From: Clostridia bacterium
GTDB lineage: Bacteria > Bacillota > Clostridia > Oscillospirales > Acutalibacteraceae
Length of the DNA stretch: 64,000 bases
Assembly: GCA_017430145.1 (NCBI GenBank)
Contig: JAFRNP010000131.1
Span: 8,885-72,884 of the forward strand
Direction of reading: 5' to 3'
Below the pieces are notes generated by a model. That model ran no database searches. It was not told the DNA's origin and saw only the letters and a list, made by a program, of their open reading frames with translations. This document shows positions 27,461-37,482 of this stretch, piece after piece (position 1 is the stretch's first letter; each line of letters opens with the position of its first letter). The position numbers and the translations under genes were made by a program.

Positions 27461-27515
27461 ACGGCTGTCTCCTTCTAACGCTTTCGCTTTAACGGGCAAA
27501 AGCCGATATTTTACG

Positions 27516-28544
27516 TTATTGATCAATATGGCTGCGTCTGAGCTGCCCGCAGGCAGCGTCAATATCCGCGCCGAGCTTTCTGCGGACCGTCACCGCAAAA
27601 CCTTTCTTTTCAAGGATATCTGCAAACGCGCGGACGTTCGCCTCATCACTGCGTCTGCAGCCGGTCTCTTTCACCTCGTTGACCGGGATCAGATTGATAT
27701 GGCAAAGCATCCCCTTCAGCCGTTTGGCAAGCTCCAGCGCCTGCTCGGCGGAATCGTTGCGATCTTTTACAAGCGCATATTCAAAGGAGATCCTTCTGGA
27801 TGTGATCGCCGTATAATCCCTGCAGGCGGAAAGAAGCGCGTCGATATTCCATTTGCGGTTGACCGGCATCATGGAGGATCTGAGCGTGTCGTTCGGTGCG
27901 TGAAGAGAAACGGACAGGGTCAGCTGCAGCCGCCGTTGGGCAAGCAAGCGGATCTTATCGACGATCCCGCAAGTCGACAGGGAAATATGGCGCATGCTGA
28001 TATTGACGCCGTTTTCATCGGAAACAAGATCCAGAAAACGGAGCACGTTTTCATAATTATCAAGCGGCTCCCCCATCCCCATCATAACGACATGGGAGAT
28101 GCGGATACCGAGATCTCGCTGCGCTGCATAGATCTGTCCCAGGATCTCGGAGGCGCTCAGATCGCGCACGACCCCCTGCAGGGTGGAAGCGCAGAATGAA
28201 CAGCCCATCCGGCAGCCGACCTGCGAAGAAACACAAACGGTATATCCGTACTTATAATGCATGACGACGCTTTCAATGATCTCCCCGTCATGCAGACGGA
28301 AGAGATACTTTACCGTATCATCGTATGCGGAAACCAATTTCTTTTCAACAGAGCAGGATAGAATATCAAAATGTTCCTGAAGGGCGCTGCGAAGAGAGAT
28401 CGGCAGATCTGTCATTTCATCAAATGAAACAGCGCCCCTGACGTGAAGCCAGCGGTAGATCTGCGAGGCGCGGTATTTCGGAAGCGAGAGCGCCGCCACA
28501 GCGGTTGTCAGTTCTTCCAGCGTCATGGATACAATGTCCTGCAT
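27516..28544 (-). CDS. rlmN: 23S rRNA/tRNA (adenine-C2)-methyltransferase RlmN (radical SAM)
   Basis: YRASQIYRWLH; the radical-SAM cluster GCRMGCSFCAS; MGMGEPL. Confidence 0.9.
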   Translation of the reverse strand: MQDIVSMTLEELTTAVAALSLPKYRASQIYRWLHVRGAVSFDEMTDLPISLRSALQEHFDILSCSVEKKLVSAYDDTVKYLFRLHDGEIIESVVMHYKYGYTVCVSSQVGCRMGCSFCASTLQGVVRDLSASEILGQIYAAQRDLGIRISHVVMMGMGEPLDNYENVLRFLDLVSDENGVNISMRHISLSTCGIVDKIRLLAQRRLQLTLSVSLHAPNDTLRSSMMPVNRKWNIDALLSACRDYTAITSRRISFEYALVKDRNDSAEQALELAKRLKGMLCHINLIPVNEVKETGCRRSDEANVRAFADILEKKGFAVTVRRKLGADIDAACGQLRRSHIDQ

Positions 28545-28580
28545 TTTTTTCGTCTGCGGAACGTCGTTGCGCCCGTCCTT

Positions 28581-29906
28581 TCAGTTATGATCAGCCCTGA
28601 CAAATTTTGCGAAGAAAAAGCCGTCTCCCCCTTGCGGCGTCAGCATAACGGTCTTATACGGCGCGCCGTCGGTCAAAGCAAGGTAAGCGTCATCCGCAGC
28701 GGATGAAAAGGCCGGATTCTTTTCCAGGAACAGGCGGCAGACCTCTTCGTTCTCCGCCGGGTTCAGGGTACAGGTGGAATACACAAGCACGCCGCCGGGA
28801 CGCAGCAACTGCGCAGCGGCAGTCAGGATCTCCTCCTGAAGCGGCGGCAGCGCGTCGATCTCAGCCGCAGACTTATATCGGATCTCCGGCTTCCTGCCGA
28901 TCACGCCAAGCCCGGAACAGGGCATGTCGCAAAGCACACGGTCGGCGCCGGAAAAACGTCCGGGCAGCGTACGCGCATCCGCCGTGATCGTCCGGATACA
29001 GCGCAGTCCGAGTCTCGCGGCGCCCTCTTCGACCAGGTGGGTCTTATGCGGGTAAAGATCGCAGGCGTAAACGGTACCTGTATCCGCCATATCCTCGGCA
29101 ACGGAAAACGTCTTTCCGCCGGGCGCAGAACAGCAATCGATCACCGTCTCCCCTTTTCTGGCGCCCAGCGCAGCAACGCAGAGCTGCGAAGAAAGGTCCT
29201 GTACGTGGAATAACCCCTTGCGAAAGGCATCCAACGCCGTAATATCGCCCGGATCTTCCAGGATAAAGCTATGCGGTAAAGAACAAGCTGACGCTTTGAC
29301 GCCATCGGCAGCAAGGACGGAGGGAAGGTCTTTGTCCGAACAGCGGATCGGATTTCCCCTGATGAAAAGCGGTCGCGGAAGAAGCGCCGCCTCCAGCGCT
29401 TTGCATGCGTCGTTCTGCCCGTATGCTGCGCAAAGCCGATCGATCAGCGGCTTCGGGCAGGAATACTTCACAGACAAATACAGTTCGTCATCTTCAGATG
29501 GAAGGATAAGTCCGTTTTTACCGACCTGCCGCAATACGGCGTTGACAAGACCGGCGGCATACGCATGCCCGCCGTTTTTAACAAGCGCCACGCTTTCATT
29601 GACGGCGGCGGAAACAGGGATCTTTTGTAAAAAAAGGATTTGGTAAGCCCCAAGCCGCAGTACAGAAAGCACATACGGATGCATTTTTTTCAGCGGCCGG
29701 CGCAAATATAACGCAAGATCATAGTCCAGCGTCAGTTTCCGTTCGATAACCCCGTAGACCAAAGAAGTGACAAGGGCGGCGTCCCGCAGGTCAGGAAGCG
29801 AAGCTTCGGCAAGCGCCGCTTTCAGGGAAAAGGAGGCATAGGCGTCGGCGGTCTCGATTTTTTTCAGAATATCTGCCGCAAGGGCCCTCGCATTCTTCTG
29901 CGCCAC
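28581..29906 (-). CDS. rsmB: 16S rRNA (cytosine967-C5)-methyltransferase RsmB
   Basis: NusB-like N-terminus; motifs DCCSAPGGKT, DMPCSGLGV and YSTCTL. Confidence 0.88.
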   Translation of the reverse strand: MAQKNARALAADILKKIETADAYASFSLKAALAEASLPDLRDAALVTSLVYGVIERKLTLDYDLALYLRRPLKKMHPYVLSVLRLGAYQILFLQKIPVSAAVNESVALVKNGGHAYAAGLVNAVLRQVGKNGLILPSEDDELYLSVKYSCPKPLIDRLCAAYGQNDACKALEAALLPRPLFIRGNPIRCSDKDLPSVLAADGVKASACSLPHSFILEDPGDITALDAFRKGLFHVQDLSSQLCVAALGARKGETVIDCCSAPGGKTFSVAEDMADTGTVYACDLYPHKTHLVEEGAARLGLRCIRTITADARTLPGRFSGADRVLCDMPCSGLGVIGRKPEIRYKSAAEIDALPPLQEEILTAAAQLLRPGGVLVYSTCTLNPAENEEVCRLFLEKNPAFSSAADDAYLALTDGAPYKTVMLTPQGGDGFFFAKFVRADHN

Positions 29907-29910
29907 CTCG

Positions 29911-30630
29911 TTATCTCCGTCTCCGCGTAAACAGGATCAAAAAGCGCAGCAGGTTTGCAAGAGAAACCGCAAGCGCCGCGACATAGGTCATTGCAGCACA
30001 GCGCAGCACTTTTTTTGCACCTTCATATTCGGACTGATTTTTCAACAGTCCGGTCTCCTCGATCACTTTAAGCGCCCGGCGGCTTGCATTCAGCTCCACC
30101 GGCAGCGTCACAAGCTGGAAAACCATGATAAAAGAATACAGCAGCAGTCCGACGGCGACAAGCGGCTCAAAAGAAAGTGCAAGGCCGAGGAGCGCCAGCG
30201 GGATCCCGGCATAGGAACCGATCTTCGTGATCGGCAGGATCATGTTGCGAAGCTTGATCGGATAATAATTCTGCGCATATTGCGCGGCGTGCCCCGCCTC
30301 ATGGCAGGCGATACCGAGCGCCGCGATGGACGTAGAGGAATAGACGCCTTCAGACAGACGGATCACGTTGGAACGTGGGTCAAAATGATCGGTCAGGTTT
30401 CCGGAAACCTGTTCGATCCGTACCCCGTTCACCCCGTAATAGCGCAGTACAGCCTCCGCAGCAAGCGCACCGGAGTATCCGCTTTTGGAATAAACCTGAG
30501 ACATCTTGCGATATGCGCTTTTGACCATACCCTGGGCAACAAGCGAAAAAATGAACGCCGGGATAACAAGCAAGATATAGAGCGTCAGGCTGTCCATCCC
30601 CTGTGCACCGGAAGCGATCGCAGAATACAT
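29911..30630 (-). CDS. YugP-type membrane zinc metallopeptidase
   Basis: DHFDPRSNVIRLSEGVY...AALGIACHEAGHAAQ (HExxH), plus C-terminal TM helices. Confidence 0.75.
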   Translation of the reverse strand: MYSAIASGAQGMDSLTLYILLVIPAFIFSLVAQGMVKSAYRKMSQVYSKSGYSGALAAEAVLRYYGVNGVRIEQVSGNLTDHFDPRSNVIRLSEGVYSSTSIAALGIACHEAGHAAQYAQNYYPIKLRNMILPITKIGSYAGIPLALLGLALSFEPLVAVGLLLYSFIMVFQLVTLPVELNASRRALKVIEETGLLKNQSEYEGAKKVLRCAAMTYVAALAVSLANLLRFLILFTRRRR

Positions 30631-30705
30631 GTTAGGTCCTCCGTAGTTCTTTTAAAAAAGTAAAGGTAAATGCCGCCGGTATGACGGCAGGCAGGAATTT
30701 AAGGA

Positions 30706-31647
30706 TCAGAGGGAAACGAGGCAGTCGCCGGCAGCGGAAGGATGCCCGCGCAGGAAATCGGCGGCAGACATACGTTTTGCTCCCTCAAGCTGGATCTCGC
30801 CCAGCGCGTAGGCCGTCCCGCAGCCGCATGCGGCAAAAAGGGCGCCCTGACGGACGAACAGCGTACCGGGAGAAAGATCTTTACAGGATCCGGCCGGCAA
30901 ACCGCTGAATATTTTTAGTGTTTTCCCTTGATAAGTCGTTTTTGCGACCGGCCAGGGATTCAATCCGCAAACAAAATGGTGGATGTCTGCAGCCGGCCGG
31001 GTCCAATCGATCGCCGCATTCTCTTTACTGAGCATCGGCGCATAGCTGGAAAGACTGTCGTCCTGCTTTACGGGATGAACCGTACCGTCGATCAGCCCGT
31101 AAAGCGTATGCAGAAGAAGCTCCGGACACATGGCGGCAAGGCGGTCGAACAACTCTCCCGCCGTCTCATTTTCCCCGATCGGCGTACGCACACATTCCAG
31201 AATATCGCCGGTATCCAGCCCCACATCCATAAGCATCGTCGTAACGCCCGTTTCAGCGTCACCGTTGATCACGCTCCACTGGATCGGCGCTGCGCCGCGG
31301 TACTTCGGAAGCAGGGATCCGTGCAGATTCACACAACCGTATCTCGGCAGATCCAGGACCGCTGCAGGCAGGATCTTTCCGTACGCGGCTACAACGATAA
31401 AATCAGGTGACAAGGATTTTAGCTTGTCAAGCGCTTCATCAGTTTTTAACGACGCAGGCTGGAACACCTCCAACCCGCATTGTAAAGCAAGCTGTTTTAC
31501 AGCAGGGGGCGTCAGGACCTGTTTACGTCCCTGCGGCTTATCCGGCTGGGAAACGACAAGCTTTACATCAAAGTCCGTCGCATCGATCAGCGCCTGCAGG
31601 GCAGGCAGAGCAAAATCCGGCGAACCCATAAAGATCACGGTATACAT
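30706..31647 (-). CDS. fmt: Methionyl-tRNA formyltransferase
   Basis: IFMGSPDFALPAL; NLHGSLLPKYRGAAPIQ. Confidence 0.9.
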   Translation of the reverse strand: MYTVIFMGSPDFALPALQALIDATDFDVKLVVSQPDKPQGRKQVLTPPAVKQLALQCGLEVFQPASLKTDEALDKLKSLSPDFIVVAAYGKILPAAVLDLPRYGCVNLHGSLLPKYRGAAPIQWSVINGDAETGVTTMLMDVGLDTGDILECVRTPIGENETAGELFDRLAAMCPELLLHTLYGLIDGTVHPVKQDDSLSSYAPMLSKENAAIDWTRPAADIHHFVCGLNPWPVAKTTYQGKTLKIFSGLPAGSCKDLSPGTLFVRQGALFAACGCGTAYALGEIQLEGAKRMSAADFLRGHPSAAGDCLVSL

Positions 31648-31701
31648 CGCATTATCAGCAGGCGGTTCAGCCGGATGCCGTTCCGCCGTCCTTTCATAAA
31701 A

Positions 31702-32169
31702 TCAGTTTTCCGTACGGTATACGGCTTCGCCGGGGGCAAGCCTGTCGGAATACAGGATACCGTCCAGATGGTCGAGCTCATGGCAGAAGCACCGCGCCAG
31801 CAGATCACTGCCTTCATAAAGGACCCAATTGCCTTCCCGGTTCTGTGCGCGGACTTTCACAGCCATTGGACGAAGGGTTTTGCCGGCCTTGTGCGGAAGA
31901 GACAGACACGCCTCATCCTCCGTCTGTTCCCCTTTTGACTCGAGGATCTCGGGATTGATCAGCTCAACCATCCGCTCATCGATATTCACAATGACGACAC
32001 GACGCAAAACGCCGATCTGTACGGCAGCAAGTCCGAGACCGTTCGCTTTTTGAAGCGTATCTTTCATGTCGTCAAGAAGCACAAACAGCCGTTCGTCAAA
32101 TTTTTCGACCGGACGGCTTTTTTTACGGAGGATCGGATCCTCCTCTGTTCTGATTTTTCTGATTGCCAT
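31702..32169 (-). CDS. def: Peptide deformylase
   Basis: Motif 1 GLGLAAVQIG; motif 2 reads EACLSLP (canonical EGCLS); motif 3 HELDHLDG. Confidence 0.88.
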   Translation of the reverse strand: MAIRKIRTEEDPILRKKSRPVEKFDERLFVLLDDMKDTLQKANGLGLAAVQIGVLRRVVIVNIDERMVELINPEILESKGEQTEDEACLSLPHKAGKTLRPMAVKVRAQNREGNWVLYEGSDLLARCFCHELDHLDGILYSDRLAPGEAVYRTEN

Positions 32170-32233
32170 TTTTCTATTACTTGCGTTCCGCCTTTATTAT
32201 TTTCCCTCCGGGACAGACGGCCCGCCTTTCTGA

Positions 32234-34699
32234 TTAATCCATATTTTCCGGATTGATGACTGCAAAAAGATTGATGTTCCGGAATTCTTTATTATTTAAC
32301 ACCGTTTTCAGAACACTGTCGATCAGCGCCCGGAAATTTGCGGAGTTTTTGCATTTGATGATCATTTTTTGACGGTATGCGTTGTTCATTTTTGCGATCT
32401 TCGGCTGCAACGGCCCCAAAACGATCAGTTTTTCATGGTATTGATGGGCGTTAAGCCGGATCAGCGTATCAAAAAAGAATTTTGCGCACAAAAGGGTGCG
32501 TTCTTCTGATTCATTTGAAACGCCTACCAGACACAGATCGCAGAACGGCGGATAGGTCAGCGCCTTTCTGAGCGCGATCTCCGTTTCAAAAAACCGGGGA
32601 TAATCCTGCCTTGCAGCGACGGCAAGGATCGAATTATCGGGAGACGCCGTCTGGATCATCGCTTTCCCTCCGGTTTTGCTTCTGCCGGCTCTGCCGACGA
32701 CCTGGGTCAACAGATCAAACGTACGCTCAGCGCTGCGGAAATCGTCAGAGTACAGCTCACTGTCTGCAGACAGGACGCCTACCAGCGTCACGTTCGGAAA
32801 ATCCAGCCCTTTGGCGACCATCTGGGTCCCGACAAGAATGTCGTATTTACCGTTGGCAAAGGCGGAAAGCGCTTTTTCGTGCGCGTTTTTTGCAGCGGTG
32901 GTATCGGCGTCCATACGCAGGATCCGTGCATCAGGCAGCCGCCGGTGCAGTTCCTGTTCCACACGCTGGGTCCCGAAGCCTGCGTAACGGATATTTCTGT
33001 TTCCGCAGGTCGGACAGGTATCGGTATATTCCTCCGAATAGCCGCAATAATGGCACATCAGCCGGTGGTTGGCCGCATGATACGTCAAAGAGATGCTGCA
33101 TTTCGGACAGGTGATCACGTGCTTGCATTCCTGACAGGCTACAAACGTATTAAACCCCCGGCGGTTGACAAGCAGGATGCTCTGCTCGCCCCTTTTCAGC
33201 GCCGCTTCCAGTTCGGACAGCAGCGGCAGGCTGATCGCAGAATAGCGGTCCGTATTGCGTTTATCGCTGACGTCGACGGTGGTCACCTGCGGCAGATGCG
33301 CATCCCCGTACCGTTGCGTGAGTGCAGATAACCGGTATTTTCCTGCTTTTGCCTTCGCGTACGTTTCAACCGACGGCGTCGCTGACGCAAACACGACCAG
33401 CGCGTTATGGTATGCGCCTCTGAAACGGGCAACGAACCGCGCATCATACCGGGGCGCCATTTCGGACTTATAGGTATGCTCCTGTTCTTCATCGACAATG
33501 ATCGCACCGATGGAAGAAAGCGGGGCAAATACTGCGCTGCGGGTACCGATCACGATCGACGCCTCCCCGTGCTTGATGCGGTAAAACTCATCCCGCCGTT
33601 CGCCCATGGAAAGCCCACTGTGGAGCACTGCGATCTTTTCTCCGTACCGCTCGGTAAACAGAGAGATCGTCTGAGAAGTCAAAGATATCTCCGGGACCAG
33701 CACGATCACGCCCTTGCCGTCGGCAACCACCCGGTCGATCAACGCAAGATAGACGTTCGTTTTTCCGCTTCCGGTCACGCCGAACAGTAAAGATGGCAGC
33801 TTGTCGACAGAAAGATACGAATCCAGAAGCTGAAGGTAAGCAGTCTGCTGCGCATCGTTTAGGACCGGAGGAATGAACGGCCCGCTTTCCGATTCCCTGA
33901 TCGGGCTGCGGCTGACCGGCAGGTCAAAAGCCGTCAATACGCCTTTTGTCAGAAGCGTGCGGACCACCCCGGACGTTACGCCTGCATAATAACAGATCTC
34001 TTTGGTACAGGCAAACTGCACGTCCGATAAAAGAGATACGACATTCTGCTGTTTCGGCGTAAGCGGAAGATCACACTCTCCGGCGCTGTATGCATCCGAC
34101 AGGCGGATCATTCGCACAGAGAGCTGGCCGACCTTTGAAAACGCGTCGTTTTCCCCTTCGATCAGTCCTTTATGCTCCAGACGCCGCAACGCATCGGCAG
34201 AAGAAAGCCCCATGGCCTTCATGATCTCCCGTTCAGGCACGGGCGCTTTCTGCCGGCTGAGATACGCAAGCATCTCTTTTTCCTGTACGTTGAGACGCAA
34301 AGCATCCGCATCGTCGGCATACGCTTCTTTTAACCGGTATAACCGCTGCGTATACAGACACATGCCGCCGGGAAGAAGCGCCTTTGCCGCCGTAAAATAG
34401 GTACAGAAAGTCTGTTCACGAAGCTGAAGTGCAAGCTGCAGCATCTCATCCCCGAGCAAAGCTTCTTCATCAAGAACCCGACAGACGGGCTTCAGCTCCC
34501 TGCCTGTTTCAGGGTCATCCGTTCCGACAGAAAACACAAAACCCTGACGGAGCCGGTCGCCCTTTCCGAACGGAACAAGTACGCGCATGCCGGGCTGCAA
34601 ACGGTCCCGAAGCGTCTCAGGGACCCGAAAGCTGAACAGTGAATCAAAGCTGTAGGCGCAGTTTTCAACGCCGATCTTAGCGATCAGATCCTGCGGCAC
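32234..34699 (-). CDS. priA: Primosomal protein N' (replication restart helicase PriA)
   Basis: Walker A GVTGSGKT; DEEQ box; the Cys-rich Zn region CQECKHVITCPKCSISLTYH...CHYCG...CPTCG. GTG start with GAGGTG 7 nt upstream. Confidence 0.9.
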   Translation of the reverse strand: MPQDLIAKIGVENCAYSFDSLFSFRVPETLRDRLQPGMRVLVPFGKGDRLRQGFVFSVGTDDPETGRELKPVCRVLDEEALLGDEMLQLALQLREQTFCTYFTAAKALLPGGMCLYTQRLYRLKEAYADDADALRLNVQEKEMLAYLSRQKAPVPEREIMKAMGLSSADALRRLEHKGLIEGENDAFSKVGQLSVRMIRLSDAYSAGECDLPLTPKQQNVVSLLSDVQFACTKEICYYAGVTSGVVRTLLTKGVLTAFDLPVSRSPIRESESGPFIPPVLNDAQQTAYLQLLDSYLSVDKLPSLLFGVTGSGKTNVYLALIDRVVADGKGVIVLVPEISLTSQTISLFTERYGEKIAVLHSGLSMGERRDEFYRIKHGEASIVIGTRSAVFAPLSSIGAIIVDEEQEHTYKSEMAPRYDARFVARFRGAYHNALVVFASATPSVETYAKAKAGKYRLSALTQRYGDAHLPQVTTVDVSDKRNTDRYSAISLPLLSELEAALKRGEQSILLVNRRGFNTFVACQECKHVITCPKCSISLTYHAANHRLMCHYCGYSEEYTDTCPTCGNRNIRYAGFGTQRVEQELHRRLPDARILRMDADTTAAKNAHEKALSAFANGKYDILVGTQMVAKGLDFPNVTLVGVLSADSELYSDDFRSAERTFDLLTQVVGRAGRSKTGGKAMIQTASPDNSILAVAARQDYPRFFETEIALRKALTYPPFCDLCLVGVSNESEERTLLCAKFFFDTLIRLNAHQYHEKLIVLGPLQPKIAKMNNAYRQKMIIKCKNSANFRALIDSVLKTVLNNKEFRNINLFAVINPENMD

Positions 34700-34710
34700 C
34701 GCTTTTCACC

Positions 34711-34932
34711 TCAGTATTTCTTGATCTCTTCGCTATCCTTGATCGTGCATCTGCCTTCAAGGATATCTTCCACTGCGAGACTGACAGGCTTTTCTTCAAG
34801 AATGTACTTTTCCTTCTCTTTTCTCTCATACGCTGCATCGTTGATTTCTCTGGCACGTTTTGCAACGGCAACACAAAGAGAATATCTGCTGATACCGCCC
34901 TTGAGCATCGGTTTCAAATCAATGTTGATCAT
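34711..34932 (-). CDS. rpoZ: DNA-directed RNA polymerase subunit omega
   Basis: 73 aa; RYSLCVAVAKRAREI core. It lies in the conserved position directly after gmk. Confidence 0.75.
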   Translation of the reverse strand: MINIDLKPMLKGGISRYSLCVAVAKRAREINDAAYERKEKEKYILEEKPVSLAVEDILEGRCTIKDSEEIKKY

Positions 34933-34937
34933 GGTAT

Positions 34938-35492
34938 TTACTCCTTTTCATCAGTAATAATGGCATAGACTTCCTCAACGCAACGGTCGAGATCGTCATT
35001 GATTACGTTATAATCGTATTGGTCTTTCAATGAGAGCTCCTGCATGGCAATGGTCAGCCGTGCCTCAACTTCTTCCGGCGTATTCTGCCCGCGTTTCAGG
35101 ATCCGCCTGCGAAGCGCATCCTCTGACGGCGGCAAAAGGAAAATGGATACTGCTTCAGGAAAAAGCTTTTTAAACCGCAGCGCGCCCCGGACCTCAATGA
35201 TCAAAAGGATCGTATTCCCCGCCTCAGTCAGACGAACGATCTCACTTTTGAGCGTTCCGTAATAGTTTTCCCCGTAACGGACATATTCCACAAACGCGTC
35301 TTCGGCAATTTTTTCTTCAAATTCCCGCGTCGACAGGAAGTAATAATCCACGCCGTCCATTTCGCCTGACCGCGCAGGACGGGTCGTTGCGGAGACGGTT
35401 TGTGCGAGCGAGGGCATTTTTTGCCGGAGGGCTTCATAAACCGTATTTTTCCCGCAACCGGACGGACCGGACAAAACGAACAGATTTCGCAT
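34938..35492 (-). CDS. gmk: Guanylate kinase
   Basis: MRNLFVLSGPSGCGKNT (P-loop) and TTRPARSGEMDGVDYYF. No SD lies within 5-12 nt of this ATG (the nearest GGAGG is 35 nt upstream), so the start is chosen by family N-terminus only. Confidence 0.85.
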   Translation of the reverse strand: MRNLFVLSGPSGCGKNTVYEALRQKMPSLAQTVSATTRPARSGEMDGVDYYFLSTREFEEKIAEDAFVEYVRYGENYYGTLKSEIVRLTEAGNTILLIIEVRGALRFKKLFPEAVSIFLLPPSEDALRRRILKRGQNTPEEVEARLTIAMQELSLKDQYDYNVINDDLDRCVEEVYAIITDEKE

Positions 35493-35538
35493 TTTTCTGG
35501 CACATACCGGAAAACCGGTGTACACACCCTCCTTTTCA

Positions 35539-35814
35539 TCAGTCTTCTTCCTGCGGCTCCTCATACCGCATCTGCCGATCCTCCGCCTCAAATTTTGCGC
35601 CCAGCCTGTCCGGCCGCATATAGGAAAGGATCACATGTTCGCTGTCGGTAAAGATGACCGACTGCGTTTTTCTGCCCTGTGTCACGTCGATCAGCTTACC
35701 GAGGTCCTTCGCCTTTTGAATGATCCGTTTGATCGGGGCGGACTCGGGACTGACGACGCCGATGACGCGCCGGGCGTTTACCATATTGCCAAAGCCTACG
35801 TTTACAAGTTTCAT
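35539..35814 (-). CDS. remA: RemA/YlzA (DUF370) biofilm-matrix regulator
   Basis: [64 protein letters not shown] closely matches RemA as I remember it. Confidence 0.85.
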   Translation of the reverse strand: MKLVNVGFGNMVNARRVIGVVSPESAPIKRIIQKAKDLGKLIDVTQGRKTQSVIFTDSEHVILSYMRPDRLGAKFEAEDRQMRYEEPQEED

Positions 35815-35852
35815 ACAGTTTTACCGGAACGGCGTTTCAGACGCCGCACTCC

Positions 35853-36731
35853 TTATTCGATATTCTGGATCTGCTCGCGAATCTTTTCCACCTCTGATTT
35901 GATGCCGATCACACGCTTGGCGATCTGAAGATCCTGCGCCTTGGAGCCGATGGTGTTCGCTTCCCGGTTGATCTCCTGTACAAGAAAATCCATATTGCGG
36001 CCCACCGGTTTCTCGGAAGAAAACATCTCCCGAAGCTGCGAAAGGTGAGAACGCAGCCTTACCGTCTCCTCCGCCACGGCGATCTTATCCGCATAGATCG
36101 CAGCCTCCGTCAGCAGCCGCTGTTCATCGACCGCGGCATCCGCAAGCAGCTCGCGCATCCGCGCTTTTACCTTTTCGTGGTATTCACGCACGGTCTCCGG
36201 GGACCGCGCCTCCACATAAGAGACCGATTCCAGGATCCTGTCGGCGCATTCCAGCACATCGTGCTGCAGCTTTTCGCCTTCCTTTTCCCGCATCGCTATA
36301 AACGCCGCAAGCGCTTCATCGGTGACCTGCTTTACGGCCGCCCAGATGCGGTCCTCGTCTGCAGGTGCCTTTTTAACGTTAAAAACGTCGGGATGCGCCG
36401 TAAGGAACTCCACAGAAGTCGGCATCATTAGCCCGTACTTCTCGGCAAGCGCCTCAGTTGCCCTGTAATACCCGTCCGCCAGAGACGGATTCACGGTAAC
36501 GACGCCGTCCGTCGTCTCTTCGGTTTCGATCTGTACGAAGCAATCGACCTTACCGCGGGCGATCCGATCACGCAGATACGCCTTTAACTTATCCTCAAGA
36601 AAGGAGTAGGTTCTTAAAAGCTTTGCGGAAAACTCAAAGAACCGGTGGTTCACACTTTTTATTTCCACGGTTACGGTCATATTGTCAAAGGCGCCGACCG
36701 CCCTGCCGTAACCGGTCATACTTTTTACCAT
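35853..36731 (-). CDS. yicC: YicC-family stress-induced protein (YicC_N + DUF1732)
   Basis: N-terminus SMTGYGRA; C-terminus EINREANTIGSKAQD...EKIREQIQNIE. Confidence 0.85.
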   Translation of the reverse strand: MVKSMTGYGRAVGAFDNMTVTVEIKSVNHRFFEFSAKLLRTYSFLEDKLKAYLRDRIARGKVDCFVQIETEETTDGVVTVNPSLADGYYRATEALAEKYGLMMPTSVEFLTAHPDVFNVKKAPADEDRIWAAVKQVTDEALAAFIAMREKEGEKLQHDVLECADRILESVSYVEARSPETVREYHEKVKARMRELLADAAVDEQRLLTEAAIYADKIAVAEETVRLRSHLSQLREMFSSEKPVGRNMDFLVQEINREANTIGSKAQDLQIAKRVIGIKSEVEKIREQIQNIE

Positions 36732-36753
36732 AATAAATGAACGTCCTTTCTGA

Positions 36754-37482
36754 CTAAAAACGTCCGGTTTCCCGTTTGATCAGCGCCACTTCATCCGGCT
36801 TCAGCGCACGGTATTCCCCCACGCCGAGACGCCCGAGCGTCAGCTGACCGACAGAGATCCTTTTAAGTCGCAGGACCGTCAGTCCGGTCTCCTCACACAT
36901 TTTCCGTATCTGCCGGTTGCGTCCCTCATATAAAACGATCTGCAATACGCATCTGTCCGTTTCTTTTGAAACGATATGCACGTCCGCAGGCATCGTCCGG
37001 TAACCGTCCAGCATAAAGGAAGCGGTCAGCTTTGTGAGCTGTTCCTCCGTCACGACCGGCCGGACGCTGACCCGATAAGTCTTTGCGATATGCCCGGAGG
37101 GATGCAGAACCGCATTTGCAAACTGCCCGTCGTTGGTGAGCAGCAAAAGCCCCTCCGAATCCCGGTCCAGTCTGCCGATGGGATAAACCCTTTGGGGCAC
37201 ATCTGTGAGAAGATCGGCGACACAGCGGCGGTCCCGCTCGTCATCGAGCGTCGTAACGACCCCGCGCGGCTTATACATCATAAGATAAACCGGCTGTTTC
37301 GTCGGCTTCAGCTTTTTTCCACCGACGACGACCGTATCCCGATCGGGATCGACTTTCATGCCGATCTGGGCCACTCTGCCGTTGACTTTTACTTTTCCAT
37401 CGGCGATCCACTCCTCCGCCTTACGACGCGAGGCAAGGCCGCAATCGGCTATGAACTTCTGAAGTCTGACAGTTTTTTCCAT
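36754..37482 (-). CDS. rluB: RluB-type 23S rRNA pseudouridine synthase
   Basis: S4 N-terminus RLQKFIADCGLASRRKAEEWIADGKVKVNG; catalytic motif GRLDRDSEGLLLLTNDG. Confidence 0.85.
   Translation of the reverse strand: MEKTVRLQKFIADCGLASRRKAEEWIADGKVKVNGRVAQIGMKVDPDRDTVVVGGKKLKPTKQPVYLMMYKPRGVVTTLDDERDRRCVADLLTDVPQRVYPIGRLDRDSEGLLLLTNDGQFANAVLHPSGHIAKTYRVSVRPVVTEEQLTKLTASFMLDGYRTMPADVHIVSKETDRCVLQIVLYEGRNRQIRKMCEETGLTVLRLKRISVGQLTLGRLGVGEYRALKPDEVALIKRETGRF

Noticed and set aside
35493-35538. Hairpin ACCGGTTTTCCGGT between a GGAGG and the gmk ATG as a structure that bridges the SD to the start codon
   Set aside because: Even with the 14-nt hairpin looped out, the SD-to-ATG distance stays about 21 nt. 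It is more likely that gmk simply has a weak initiation region or is reinitiated after remA.
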